A stretch of 64,000 nucleotides of DNA, taken from the NCBI GenBank assembly GCA_040767925.1, contig JAXGNN010000001.1, positions 1,240,285-1,304,284 of the forward strand, written 5' to 3'. Below are positions 55,158 to 64,000 of this stretch, piece after piece. Each line of letters opens with the position of its first letter. Within the stretch, counting starts at the first letter, position 1. This DNA comes from Christensenellales bacterium. Its GTDB lineage: Bacteria > Bacillota > Clostridia > Christensenellales > CAG-138. The notes beneath the pieces were generated by a model. The model saw only the letters and a list, made by a program, of their open reading frames with translations, was not told the origin of the DNA and searched no databases. A program made the position numbers and the translations under genes.

Positions 55158-56747
55158 ATGAACAAGGCCGAACAGACGCGCGTTGAAAGGCTCTACGCGC
55201 TTTTTGAGGAATACCGAAACGCCTACGCCGCGGAGTGGGAGCGGCTCGACAAATGCGAGCGCCTCTACCGCGGCGCGCACTGGGAGGATGTGCCCGTGAA
55301 GGACGCGAACGAGCCGCGCCCCGTGACGCCCATCATCCAATCCACGGTGGAGAACATCCGCGCGGACCTCATGGATCAGCTTCCCGAGGCGGTCGTCACC
55401 GCCGACGCGCCGGAAAACGGCGCGGTCGCCGAGGCGCTCACGGCGCTCCTCGCCGAAAACCACCGCAGGGGCCGCTTCGAGAAGGAATACGCGAACCTGC
55501 TGCACGACCTCGCCGTGGGCGGTTACATGGTGATGGAAACGGGCTACGACGAGAGCGAGAACAACGGCCTCGGCGCGGCGTTCATCCGCCACGCGGACGC
55601 GCACAACGTGCTCTTCGACCCGCTTGCGGCGGACATACAGGATTCCCGCGCCGTCTTCAAGCTCGCCCCCTATCCCGAGGAATGGTTCCGCGCGCATTTT
55701 TCCAAAAAGTTTGAGGAGATGGTTTCCGATCCCGTGACGATCGTGCCGCGGCGCGACGGATACCTCAACCGCGGCAACGGGAACGAACTGCTCCTTCTCG
55801 AGTGCTGGGAGCGCGAGTACGACCCCGAACTTCGCATCCATCGCGTGCACATGGCGAAGCTCGCGGGCGGCGTACTGCTCGAGGACAGCCGGGAGCTGAA
55901 GCCCGAGGGCTATTTCGCGCACGGGCGCTACCCGTTCGTCGTGACGCCGCTCTTCACGAGGAAGGGCACCGCGCTCGGCTACGGCTTCGCGGACATGTTC
56001 GAAACGCAGCAGCGCTACTCCGACAAGCTCGACCAGATCATTTTAAAAAACGCGCTCATGGCCTCGCACAACAAGCTCCTTGTCACGGGCGCTTCCGGCT
56101 TCGACGTGGACGACCTTCGCGACTGGTCGCGCGAGGTGCACCGAGGGGACAGCCTCGGCGGCGTGACGTGGTTCCCCACCCCTCCCCTGCCCGCCTACGT
56201 CGCGGGCTTCGCCCGCGCCATCCGCGACGGCGTAAAGGAGGAATCCGGCGCGACGGACTTCTCCCGCGGGGAGACCTACGGCGGCGTGACGGCGGCGGCC
56301 GCCATCGCCGCGCTGCAGGAGGCCTCCGGCAAGCGCGCGCGCATGGTGGCGCGCGTGGCGCACGGCGCGTTCGAGGAGGCGGTGCGCATGGAAATCGAGG
56401 TGGAGCGCGAGTTCTGCGCCTTCCCGCGGACGGTGAAGCTGCAGAACGGCAAAACGGCCTCCTTCTCGGGCGAGGACATGTACGTTCTCACGGGGCTCAA
56501 AAACCGCCTGCCCATCGAATTCGCCGTCACCGTGAAGGCGCAGCGCGAGAACCGCTTCACGGTTGCCGCGCACAACGAAACCGTCATGGGGCTCGTGCGC
56601 CTCAATATGATTTCGCCGGACGTCGGCCTCGAGCTCATGATGTTCGAGGGTAAGCGGCAGGCGCTCGACATGATGAAGCGCAGGACGGCCGCAATGGGCA
56701 GCCAGTTGACCGCAAACCGGCCGACGGAATCGCCGGGTGCGTTTTAG
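55158..56747 (+). CDS. Portal protein (P22/podovirus-like)
   Basis: Follows TerL; LYRGAHW...PIIQSTVEN, LFDP.A.DIQD, LLECW, YPFV, SGA.DFSRG....GVTAAAAIAALQEA. Confidence 0.82.
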   Translation: MNKAEQTRVERLYALFEEYRNAYAAEWERLDKCERLYRGAHWEDVPVKDANEPRPVTPIIQSTVENIRADLMDQLPEAVVTADAPENGAVAEALTALLAENHRRGRFEKEYANLLHDLAVGGYMVMETGYDESENNGLGAAFIRHADAHNVLFDPLAADIQDSRAVFKLAPYPEEWFRAHFSKKFEEMVSDPVTIVPRRDGYLNRGNGNELLLLECWEREYDPELRIHRVHMAKLAGGVLLEDSRELKPEGYFAHGRYPFVVTPLFTRKGTALGYGFADMFETQQRYSDKLDQIILKNALMASHNKLLVTGASGFDVDDLRDWSREVHRGDSLGGVTWFPTPPLPAYVAGFARAIRDGVKEESGATDFSRGETYGGVTAAAAIAALQEASGKRARMVARVAHGAFEEAVRMEIEVEREFCAFPRTVKLQNGKTASFSGEDMYVLTGLKNRLPIEFAVTVKAQRENRFTVAAHNETVMGLVRLNMISPDVGLELMMFEGKRQALDMMKRRTAAMGSQLTANRPTESPGAF

Positions 56748-57077
56748 GTAGGGGCGGATTCCATATCCGCCCGGTTCTTTCCGGATCCGGGGACAGTTCC
56801 GCGCGACAGAGGGTGATATTCCTTCGAGCGGGAGCGCCGCTATAAGGAAGCGGCAAGCGACGAAACCCGCCGCAGGACTGTTCCCGCCGCACCGAACCCC
56901 GCCGCGGGTGAGGGTTTCATTTCCTCTCGGGTCGCCGGGGACAGTTCTGCCCTTTTTCGCCCATCCATCTTCCTGACGGCGTCTTACGGGTTCCGTCGCA
57001 CAGCGCCCTCCCGCACGCAGAACCGTCCCCGAAACGCATACGAAAGCGGCCCTCGCTTTTCAGCGGAGGCCGCTCTT
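56748..57077. repeat. Cluster of REP-like palindromes
   Basis: GTAG-GGGCGGATT-cc-ATATCCGCCC; cggggacagttc twice and cagaaccgtcccc; terminal hairpin at 57042-57077. Confidence 0.6.
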
Positions 57078-57106
57078 GCTGATCGAACGTTCAACGGAGG
57101 GATTGC

Positions 57107-58288
57107 TTACGCGCGGACCTTTTTGACGGTCACGACCGCGGCGGCGGCGAGCGCGAGAACGATCATCGCGAAGCCGACCACGGTGGAAGCGTCACCGGTC
57201 TGCGGGGGCGCGACCGACGGGTTTACGACGGCCGGATAGCCCGCTGGGAAGACGACGGTCGCCTTGTTGGAGAATTTCGGGAGAAGGTTCGCGATGATGA
57301 GTTCCTCGTTCATATACTTGACGGAGCCGTCCCACTTGAAGCCGAGCGAGCCCATGAAGAAGTCGTACATCTCCTTGAGATCGGCATAATCGTCGTCCCC
57401 CTCCTGGACGGAGACGCCGAGGGCTTTAAACGCGATCCTGCCGTTCGCGTCGAGGAACACCTGGTAAGGGGGGGTTTCCTCGAGGAAGGAGAAGAGGCTT
57501 CCAAGGAAGATGCGTTGGATCTTATCGTTGTCGTCGACGTCGAAAATCAGCGCGTACGGCTCTTCACCCATAACCAGATACTGACCCATAAACATATACT
57601 CGCCGAATTCCGTTAAGTCGGCAAACGTATAGGCCGCTACGAGCACTTTGGACTGATAGATGTAGAGCGGATTGGGGGGTATAACGGCAGAGGCGGCAAG
57701 CTGCGGCTGCTCCTGGTTCATGCTCCACAGGCCGGTCTTGAGGGAAACCTCCACGCTCGCGACGACCTCCTTGTCCGACGCGGCGGCGAACACGAACATG
57801 GCCTCGATATCCACGGGCTTATCTTCGAGCCAAACCGGGAAACTGACGCTGAACACGTTCTTGTCTGCCGGGTCGAGCGGGTTGAGCGCGGGATAGTAGT
57901 TCACATCGTCAGCCAGCAAGTCGACCTCCGCGACGGCCTTCACGTTGGTGATGGTGTAGGTCACCGTCAGCATGATGTACTCGAACAGCACATCCGGGTA
58001 GAGCGCCTGTGCGTCGTCGTACGAAGGAAGCGTCACCTGGAAATGCACGCGGCCGAGCGTGTCCTTCACGATGCCCTTCTTATCGTCCCACTTGGCGAAA
58101 TACCTGCCGTCCGCGGCATAGCCGGAAGAAGCGGAGGCGTAATACTCATACTTCTCGGCGCTGAGGACAAAGTCCTCATAATCCCCGGGTTTGGGCTCGG
58201 GCTTGTCCCAGCCGGAGGCGGCGAGCGCGGGCAAAGCGAGCGCGAAGGCCATGGCGAACACCAGGATGGCGGCAAAGATCCTCTTCAT
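57107..58288 (-). CDS. Secreted cell-wall-anchored surface protein, paralog A
   Basis: Signal peptide MKRIFAAILVFAMAFALALPALA; C-terminal PPQTGD plus hydrophobic stretch plus KKVRA sorting signal. Confidence 0.8.
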   Translation of the reverse strand: MKRIFAAILVFAMAFALALPALAASGWDKPEPKPGDYEDFVLSAEKYEYYASASSGYAADGRYFAKWDDKKGIVKDTLGRVHFQVTLPSYDDAQALYPDVLFEYIMLTVTYTITNVKAVAEVDLLADDVNYYPALNPLDPADKNVFSVSFPVWLEDKPVDIEAMFVFAAASDKEVVASVEVSLKTGLWSMNQEQPQLAASAVIPPNPLYIYQSKVLVAAYTFADLTEFGEYMFMGQYLVMGEEPYALIFDVDDNDKIQRIFLGSLFSFLEETPPYQVFLDANGRIAFKALGVSVQEGDDDYADLKEMYDFFMGSLGFKWDGSVKYMNEELIIANLLPKFSNKATVVFPAGYPAVVNPSVAPPQTGDASTVVGFAMIVLALAAAAVVTVKKVRA

Positions 58289-58519
58289 AAAAACGGCTCT
58301 CCTCGAATTTAAAATGACCGGCGCGCCGCCGGAGGGTTTCGTGGGATGATGTGACAATAACTGCATATTTTTTATATCGTAACATCGCCGGTTTAGGTTG
58401 TCAACAATTTGTGAACCCTTTTTCATATGCGAACCGCTGCCCGCCGGCGGAAAGAGAGCGGCCTCCGCCATTCGGCGGGGCCGCTCTTGCCAATCGGGTG
58501 ATCCCAACAGGGGAATTGC

Positions 58520-59683
58520 TTACGCGCGGACCTTTTTGACGATCACGACCGCGGCGGCGGCGAGCGCGAGAACGATCATCGCGAAGCCGACCGCGGTGGA
58601 AGCGTCACCGGTCTGCGGGGGCGCGACCGACGGATTTACGACGGCCGGATAGCCCGCCGGGAAGACGACGGTCGCCTTGCTGGAGAATTTCGGCAGAAGG
58701 TTCGCGATGATGAGCTCCTCGTTCATGTACTTGGTGGTGCCGTCCCACTTGAAGCCGAGCGAACCCATGAAGAAATCGTACATTTTCTTGAGATCGGCAT
58801 AATCATCATCCCCCTCCTGGACGGAGACGTCGAGGTATTTAAACGCGATCCTGCCGTTCACATCGAGGAACACCTGATAATAATCATAGCCGTATCCGGA
58901 TCCTGAAACAGGAGAAACGTAAATGCGCTGAATCCTGTCGTCGTCGTCGACATCGAATATCAGGGCGTTGCCCTCTTCATCCACGAACAGAAACTCGCCG
59001 TAAGCCGCGTCCGAACCGAACGTATATGCCGCCATGAGCGTCTTAGACTGGTAGATATAGTGCGGATTGGGGGGTATAACGATAGAGGCGGCAAGCTGCG
59101 GCTGCTCCTGGTTCATGCTCCACAGGCCGGTCTTGAGGGAAACCTCCACGCTCGCGACGACCTCCTTGTCCAACGCGGCGGCGAACACGAACATGGCCTC
59201 GATATCCACGGGCTCTTCTTCAAGCCCAACCGGGAAACTGACGCTGAACACGTTCTTGTCAGCCGGATCGAGAGAATTGAGCGCGGGGTAGTAGTTCACA
59301 TCGTCGGCGAGCAGGTCGACCTCCGCGACGGCCTTCACGTTGGTGATGGTGTAGGTCACCGTCATGAAGATGCCCTCGAACATCACGTTCGGGTAGAGCG
59401 CCTTCGCGTCGTCGTACGAAGGAAGCGTCACCTGGAAATGAACGCGGCCGAGCGTGTCCTTCACGATGCCCTTCTTGTCGTCCCACCTGGCGAAATACCT
59501 GCCGTCGGCGGGATAGCCGGAGGAAGCGGAGGCGTAATACTCATACTTCTCGGCGCTGAGGACAAAGTCCTCATAATCCCCGGGTTTGGGCTCGGGCTTG
59601 TCCCAGCCGGAGGCGGCGAGCGCGGGCAAAGCGAGCGCGAAGGCCATGGCGAACACCAGGATGGCGGCAAAGATCCTCTTCAT
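58520..59683 (-). CDS. Secreted cell-wall-anchored surface protein, paralog B
   Basis: Tandem duplicate of 57107-58288, including the upstream region. Confidence 0.8.
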   Translation of the reverse strand: MKRIFAAILVFAMAFALALPALAASGWDKPEPKPGDYEDFVLSAEKYEYYASASSGYPADGRYFARWDDKKGIVKDTLGRVHFQVTLPSYDDAKALYPNVMFEGIFMTVTYTITNVKAVAEVDLLADDVNYYPALNSLDPADKNVFSVSFPVGLEEEPVDIEAMFVFAAALDKEVVASVEVSLKTGLWSMNQEQPQLAASIVIPPNPHYIYQSKTLMAAYTFGSDAAYGEFLFVDEEGNALIFDVDDDDRIQRIYVSPVSGSGYGYDYYQVFLDVNGRIAFKYLDVSVQEGDDDYADLKKMYDFFMGSLGFKWDGTTKYMNEELIIANLLPKFSSKATVVFPAGYPAVVNPSVAPPQTGDASTAVGFAMIVLALAAAAVVIVKKVRA

Positions 59684-59974
59684 AGAAATGACTCCCCTCG
59701 AATTTAAAATAACCGGCACGCCGCCGGAGGGTTCCATGCTGATGTGACAAATAATGTATACTTAATATAATCGTAACACCGCGGTTTCGGATTGTCAACA
59801 ATCTGTGAACTTCGCTTAAAAATCGCGGAGATTGCCGCTGCAGGCCGCATGATGATGCGAAATAGTAGATAATATATACGGTGCGCGGAGCATTGAATCG
59901 ACCAGCCCGGCGTGATAAAATCAGGCTGGTATCATGGACTTATCTGAAATACGCATTCCGGAGGCACAGGGCGC

Positions 59975-61789
59975 ATGGAAAGAGAAATTATGAGCGGCAA
60001 CGAGGCCGTCGCGCGCGGCGTGTACGAGGCGGGCTGCAGGGTCGCCTCGGCCTATCCCGGCACGCCGAGTACCGAAATGCTCGAGAACATCGGCGAAAAG
60101 TATAAAAACGACATCTACTGCACCTGGGCTTCCAACGAGAAGACCGCGGTGGAGATCGCCTCCGGCGCGTCCATCGGCGGTGCGCGGGCCTTCGCCGCGA
60201 TGAAGCACGTGGGCATGAACGTCGCCGCCGACCCGATTTTCACCATGGCGTACATGGGCGTCAACGGCGGCTTCGTCTTCGTGAGCGCGGACGATCCCGG
60301 CTGCCACAGCTCGCAGAACGAGCAGGACAACCGCCTTTACGCCGCGCACGCGAAGATCGGCATGATGGAGCCTTCCGATTCTCAGGAGTGCAAGGACTAT
60401 GCGAAGGCCGCGTTTGAACTTTCCGAGCGCTTCGACACGCTCATGATGCTTCGCATGACGACGCGCGTCTGCCATTCCAAGAGCATGGTGACGCTCGAAC
60501 CGCGCGCGGACGTGCCCGTCAGAAAGTACGAGCGCCGCCCCGAGAAGTTCGCCATGCTGCCCGCCCACGCGCGCGCGCGCCACGTCGCGCGCGAGGCGCT
60601 GCTTCAAGAGCTTGAGGAATACGCCGACGACTGCCTCTTCAACCGCGTGGAGGCGGCCGAGGGCGAGAGCGGCATCGGCATCGTCACCTCCGGCGTCTGC
60701 TACCAGCACGCGAAGGAAGTGTTCGGCGGCGCGGCGCACTACCTCAAGCTCGGCCTCACCTATCCCCTGCCGCGAAAGCTCATCCGCACATTCTGCGCCA
60801 AACATAAAACCATACTTATTATCGAGGAAAACGACCCGTACCTCGAGAACGCCGTGCGCGCCGAGGGCTTCACAGGCTGCATCGGCAAGGAGAGGCTCCC
60901 CATCTGCGGCGAGCTCGACGCCCGCGTCATCCGCGACGCGTTTTCGCCGCTTTTTCCTTCTTTATTAAACGAATCTCCCGAGGGGTACGGCAAGGCCGAG
61001 GCCGCCGCCCCGCCGCGCCCCCCGGTGCTGTGCGCGGGCTGCCCGCACAGGGGCTTCTTCTACGCGGTGAGCCGCTATGTCAGCAAGCCCGCGGGCATCG
61101 TGCCCTGCGGGGACATCGGCTGCTACACGCTGGGCATCAACGCGCCGCTCAACGCGCTCGATACGACGATCTGCATGGGCAGCGGCATCTCCTCCATCAT
61201 CGGCATGGCGAAGGCGCTCGAGCTGCAGGGGGATAAGCGAAAGGCGCTCGGCTGCCTCGGCGACTCGACCTTCTTCCACAGCGGCATCGTGTCGCTCATC
61301 GACGCCGTGCACACGAACGCCAACGTGATCGCCTGCATACTCGACAACTCCATCACCGCCATGACGGGCCACCAGGAGAACCCCGGCACCGAGAGGAACC
61401 TCATGGGCGAAGCCTCGCCCGTCGTCGACATCGAGCGCCTCGTGCTCGCCACGGGCATTTCCCCCGAGCGCGTGCGCGTGGTCGATCCGCTCGACCTCGC
61501 GGCGGTGCAGCAGGCGCTCGAGGAGGGGCTGAAAACACAAGGTCTTTTCGTCATCATCACCAAGCGGCCCTGCGCGCTCATCAAGGAGGTCATGCGCAGG
61601 AACGCGGGCAGGCACTGCCGGGTGGACCGCGACAAGTGCCGCAGTTGCAGGATGTGCCTCAGGATCGGCTGCCCCGCAATCGCCTTCGTGGAGGGCAAAT
61701 CCGAAATCACGGACCCCGCCTCCTGCACGGGCTGCGGGCTCTGCATCCAGATGTGCAAATTCGACGCGATCGAAAGGGTGGGCGGCTGA
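59975..61789 (+). CDS. iorA: Indolepyruvate:ferredoxin oxidoreductase alpha subunit
   Basis: GNEAVARG, YPGTPSTE, MKHVGMNVAAD, RPPVLCAGCPHR, GDIGCYTLG, GDSTFFHSG, C-terminal ferredoxin. Confidence 0.95.
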   Translation: MEREIMSGNEAVARGVYEAGCRVASAYPGTPSTEMLENIGEKYKNDIYCTWASNEKTAVEIASGASIGGARAFAAMKHVGMNVAADPIFTMAYMGVNGGFVFVSADDPGCHSSQNEQDNRLYAAHAKIGMMEPSDSQECKDYAKAAFELSERFDTLMMLRMTTRVCHSKSMVTLEPRADVPVRKYERRPEKFAMLPAHARARHVAREALLQELEEYADDCLFNRVEAAEGESGIGIVTSGVCYQHAKEVFGGAAHYLKLGLTYPLPRKLIRTFCAKHKTILIIEENDPYLENAVRAEGFTGCIGKERLPICGELDARVIRDAFSPLFPSLLNESPEGYGKAEAAAPPRPPVLCAGCPHRGFFYAVSRYVSKPAGIVPCGDIGCYTLGINAPLNALDTTICMGSGISSIIGMAKALELQGDKRKALGCLGDSTFFHSGIVSLIDAVHTNANVIACILDNSITAMTGHQENPGTERNLMGEASPVVDIERLVLATGISPERVRVVDPLDLAAVQQALEEGLKTQGLFVIITKRPCALIKEVMRRNAGRHCRVDRDKCRSCRMCLRIGCPAIAFVEGKSEITDPASCTGCGLCIQMCKFDAIERVGG

Positions 61790-61790
61790 T

Positions 61791-62369
61791 ATGGCAAAGA
61801 GCATACTGCTCGTGGGCGTGGGCGGCCAGGGGACGATCCTCATCTCGAAAATACTCACCGCGGGCCTCATCGAGATGGGCTTTCAGGTGAAGATGAGCGA
61901 GATCCACGGCATGAGCCAGCGGGGCGGCAGCGTCACCACGCAGATCAAGTACGGCGACGTTGTTTACGCGCCGAACATCGGCCTCGCCGAGGCGGACACG
62001 GTCATTTCCTTCGAGAAGGCTGAGGCGCTGCGCGCGCTGCCTTACCTGAAAAAAGGCGGCACGCTCATTACGGACGAAAGGGAAATCCACCCGATCACCG
62101 TCCTCTCGGGCGCGGCGAGCTACCCGCACGACGCGATCGCGGCGCTAAAAAAGGTCGTCGACCCCGGCAAGCTCATCGTCATCCGCGCGGCGGAAACGGC
62201 CAAAGCGCTCGGCAACATCCGCGCGCAGAACATCGTGCTGCTCGGCGCGCTCGTCCGGGCATTGAAGCTCGAGGGCGTTGACTGGAAGGGGCTCGTCGCC
62301 CGATACGTCCCCGAGAAGGCGAAGGACATGAACCTCGCCGCGTTCGAAGCGGGCTACAACATGGAATAA
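61791..62369 (+). CDS. iorB: Indolepyruvate:ferredoxin oxidoreductase beta subunit
   Basis: GVGGQGTIL, SEIHGMSQRGGSV. Confidence 0.95.
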   Translation: MAKSILLVGVGGQGTILISKILTAGLIEMGFQVKMSEIHGMSQRGGSVTTQIKYGDVVYAPNIGLAEADTVISFEKAEALRALPYLKKGGTLITDEREIHPITVLSGAASYPHDAIAALKKVVDPGKLIVIRAAETAKALGNIRAQNIVLLGALVRALKLEGVDWKGLVARYVPEKAKDMNLAAFEAGYNME

Positions 62370-62402
62370 CCCCCCGGCGAGCGGGAGGATTGCGAGGCAT
62401 CC

Positions 62403-63329
62403 ATGCATTTCAACTCCTATGAGGACATCGTTTCCGCCTGCCGCAAGCGCGCCGAGCGGCGCGTGATGGCCATCGCGGGCGCCGAGGACGCGCCCGTCAT
62501 CGAGGCCGCGCTCCACGCGTGGGACGAGGGCATCGCGGAGCCCATATTCGTGGGCAACGCGGCGAAGATCAAAGAACTCTTGCGCAGGGCCGGGCGCAAC
62601 CCTTCGGCGTGCGGCGTCGTGCACGCGGAGGAAGCGCAGGAGGCGCAGCGCGCGGTCGAGCTCGTCAAGGACGGCAGCGCGAACCTGCTGATGAAGGGCT
62701 TCATCGAGACGCGGGAGCTTCTTCGCCCCGTGGTCGCCAAGGAGAACGACCTTCGCACCGGCAAGCTCATGAGCCATGTCGTCTTTTTCGGCGGCGTGCC
62801 CAACTGCAAGAAGCTCATCATCAGCTCCGACGGCGGCATGGTCATGTATCCGACGCTCGAAGATAAGGTGGGCATCATCGAAAACGCCGTGGACACCCTG
62901 ATCAAAATGGGCTACGCGAACCCGAGCGTCGCGGTGCTGTGCGCCATAGAGGCCGTGAACCCCAAGATGAAGGAATCGGTCGAGGCGGCCGAGCTTCGCC
63001 GGATGAACCTCGAGGGAACCATAAAAAACTGCACGGTGTACGGCCCCATCTCCTACGACATCGCCATGAACGCGGACATCGCGCGGCACAAGGGATACGA
63101 CTGCCCGCACTGCGGCGATTTCGACGTGCTCATCACGCCCGACATGAACAGCGGCAACATAATGGGCAAATGCCTCATCGTCACCGCGAGCGCGAAGATG
63201 GCGGGCGTGATCGTGGGCGCGCGCGCGCCCATCGTGCTCACCTCGCGCGGCTCCTCCGCCGAGGAAAAGTTCAACTCCATCGCCATCGCCGCGCTGATGG
63301 CGGCGGGGACGAGGGCAATTGACAATTGA
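62403..63329 (+). CDS. ptb: Phosphate butyryltransferase / phosphate acyltransferase
   Basis: LLMKG, LMSHV, SDGGM..YPTLEDK..II.NAV, E.VNPKM, GARAPIVLTSR. Confidence 0.85.
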   Translation: MHFNSYEDIVSACRKRAERRVMAIAGAEDAPVIEAALHAWDEGIAEPIFVGNAAKIKELLRRAGRNPSACGVVHAEEAQEAQRAVELVKDGSANLLMKGFIETRELLRPVVAKENDLRTGKLMSHVVFFGGVPNCKKLIISSDGGMVMYPTLEDKVGIIENAVDTLIKMGYANPSVAVLCAIEAVNPKMKESVEAAELRRMNLEGTIKNCTVYGPISYDIAMNADIARHKGYDCPHCGDFDVLITPDMNSGNIMGKCLIVTASAKMAGVIVGARAPIVLTSRGSSAEEKFNSIAIAALMAAGTRAIDN

Positions 63330-63350
63330 TAATTGAGAATACTGAGTTAG

Positions 63351-64000
63351 CAGACCAAGTGCAACAGCAGTAGGGGAAAAAGGGAGTGACCCAGGAGGCA
63401 AGGCCTTGTAAAATGGGAGTTGCAAGACAAACCATAACAAGGAGGCGCCCGATGGATCACTACAGACATCTTAGCACAAAAGAACGAGAGATCACAATGG
63501 TTGAGCAAGGGAAAGCGATGAGCGTGCGGGCGATCGCCCGCACGCTTGGGCGCAGCCCGTCGACCATCAGCCGGGAGCTTCGCCGGAATCAAAACCGGGA
63601 CGGCAGCTACAGCGCGTCCGCTGCAAACATCAGTTATTTGAAGCGGCGCGCTGCCTGCCATCGGCCAAGTATTTTCGCGAACCAAACAGCAAGAGCATAT
63701 GTAGAAGAACTGATTAAGCGGAAATGGTCGCCGGAACAGATCGCGGGCCGGGCGAAGCTGGACGGATATCCGATACCGTTTTCATACAGCAGCATATATA
63801 GAGGGATCGACCACAAGCTCATTGCGCTGACGGACAAGCACGACCTGCGGCTCAAATGGCATTACAAGCGACGAAAGGCGCGTAAGCTGACCAAATGGGA
63901 GAACGTTACCGGAATTCACGAACGCCCGGAAGAGGTGAACGCCCGTACCCAGTTCGGGCATTGGGAAAGCGATACCGTGCTTGGCCAAAGGAAAACAGGC
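63351..64000 (+). mobile_element. IS30-family insertion sequence (left part)
   Basis: Composition switch at about 63351 (cagaccaagtgcaacagc); transposase ORF follows; exact left end uncertain. Confidence 0.8.
63452..64000 (+). CDS. IS30-family transposase (runs off the window)
   Basis: MDHYRHLSTKERE...SVRAIARTLGRSPSTISRELRRN, WSPEQIAGR, IHERPEEVNAR..FGHWESDTV; AAGGAGG RBS. Confidence 0.92.
   Translation, partial: MDHYRHLSTKEREITMVEQGKAMSVRAIARTLGRSPSTISRELRRNQNRDGSYSASAANISYLKRRAACHRPSIFANQTARAYVEELIKRKWSPEQIAGRAKLDGYPIPFSYSSIYRGIDHKLIALTDKHDLRLKWHYKRRKARKLTKWENVTGIHERPEEVNARTQFGHWESDTVLGQRKTG

Larger units (their letters stand above)
53257..56747 (+). mobile_element. Phage-derived DNA-packaging block (activator, large terminase, portal)
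   Basis: Three co-oriented genes flanked by host genes; complements the 33-48 kb block. Confidence 0.8.

Noticed and set aside
33055-56747. Intact inducible prophage
   Set aside because: No integrase, repressor, att repeats or replication module seen; the blocks are interrupted by alaS and other host genes and are out of canonical order.

Overview
High-GC chromosomal window from a spore-forming Clostridia-type bacterium (spoIIR/sleB/ypeB, Re-citrate synthase, rpmG-secE-nusG-rplKAJL). Most of 1-32.5 kb and 57-64 kb is housekeeping or accessory metabolism. The main result is a phage-derived particle system split into two blocks. Block 1 (about 33.0-48.3 kb) encodes a scaffold-like protein, an N4-gp56-type major capsid protein, head-tail and short-tail proteins, BppU-like and Gly-rich fibre proteins, an NlpC/P60 endolysin and a holin. 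Block 2 (about 53.2-56.7 kb) encodes an HTH activator, a large terminase and a portal, behind a promoter carrying a near-consensus Gram-positive SOS box. Four host-type genes, including alaS, lie between the blocks. No integrase, repressor, tape measure or clear small terminase is visible, and codon usage looks host-like, so this reads as a domesticated, GTA-like element. Directly after the capsid gene is an AT-richer array resembling a polymorphic toxin locus: one full-length protein, a convergent candidate immunity gene, and two 'orphan' DUF4329/JAB-like toxin plus lipoprotein-immunity cassettes with near-identical recombination flanks. The N-terminal repeat of the full-length protein is shared with a putative virion protein at 43723, which suggests loading into the particle. 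The window also has a heptamer-repeat element family that supplies the stop codons of several genes, REP-like palindromes, two tandem sortase-type surface protein paralogs and an IS30 element at the right edge. All calls come from reading the sequence by eye; no database searches were run.
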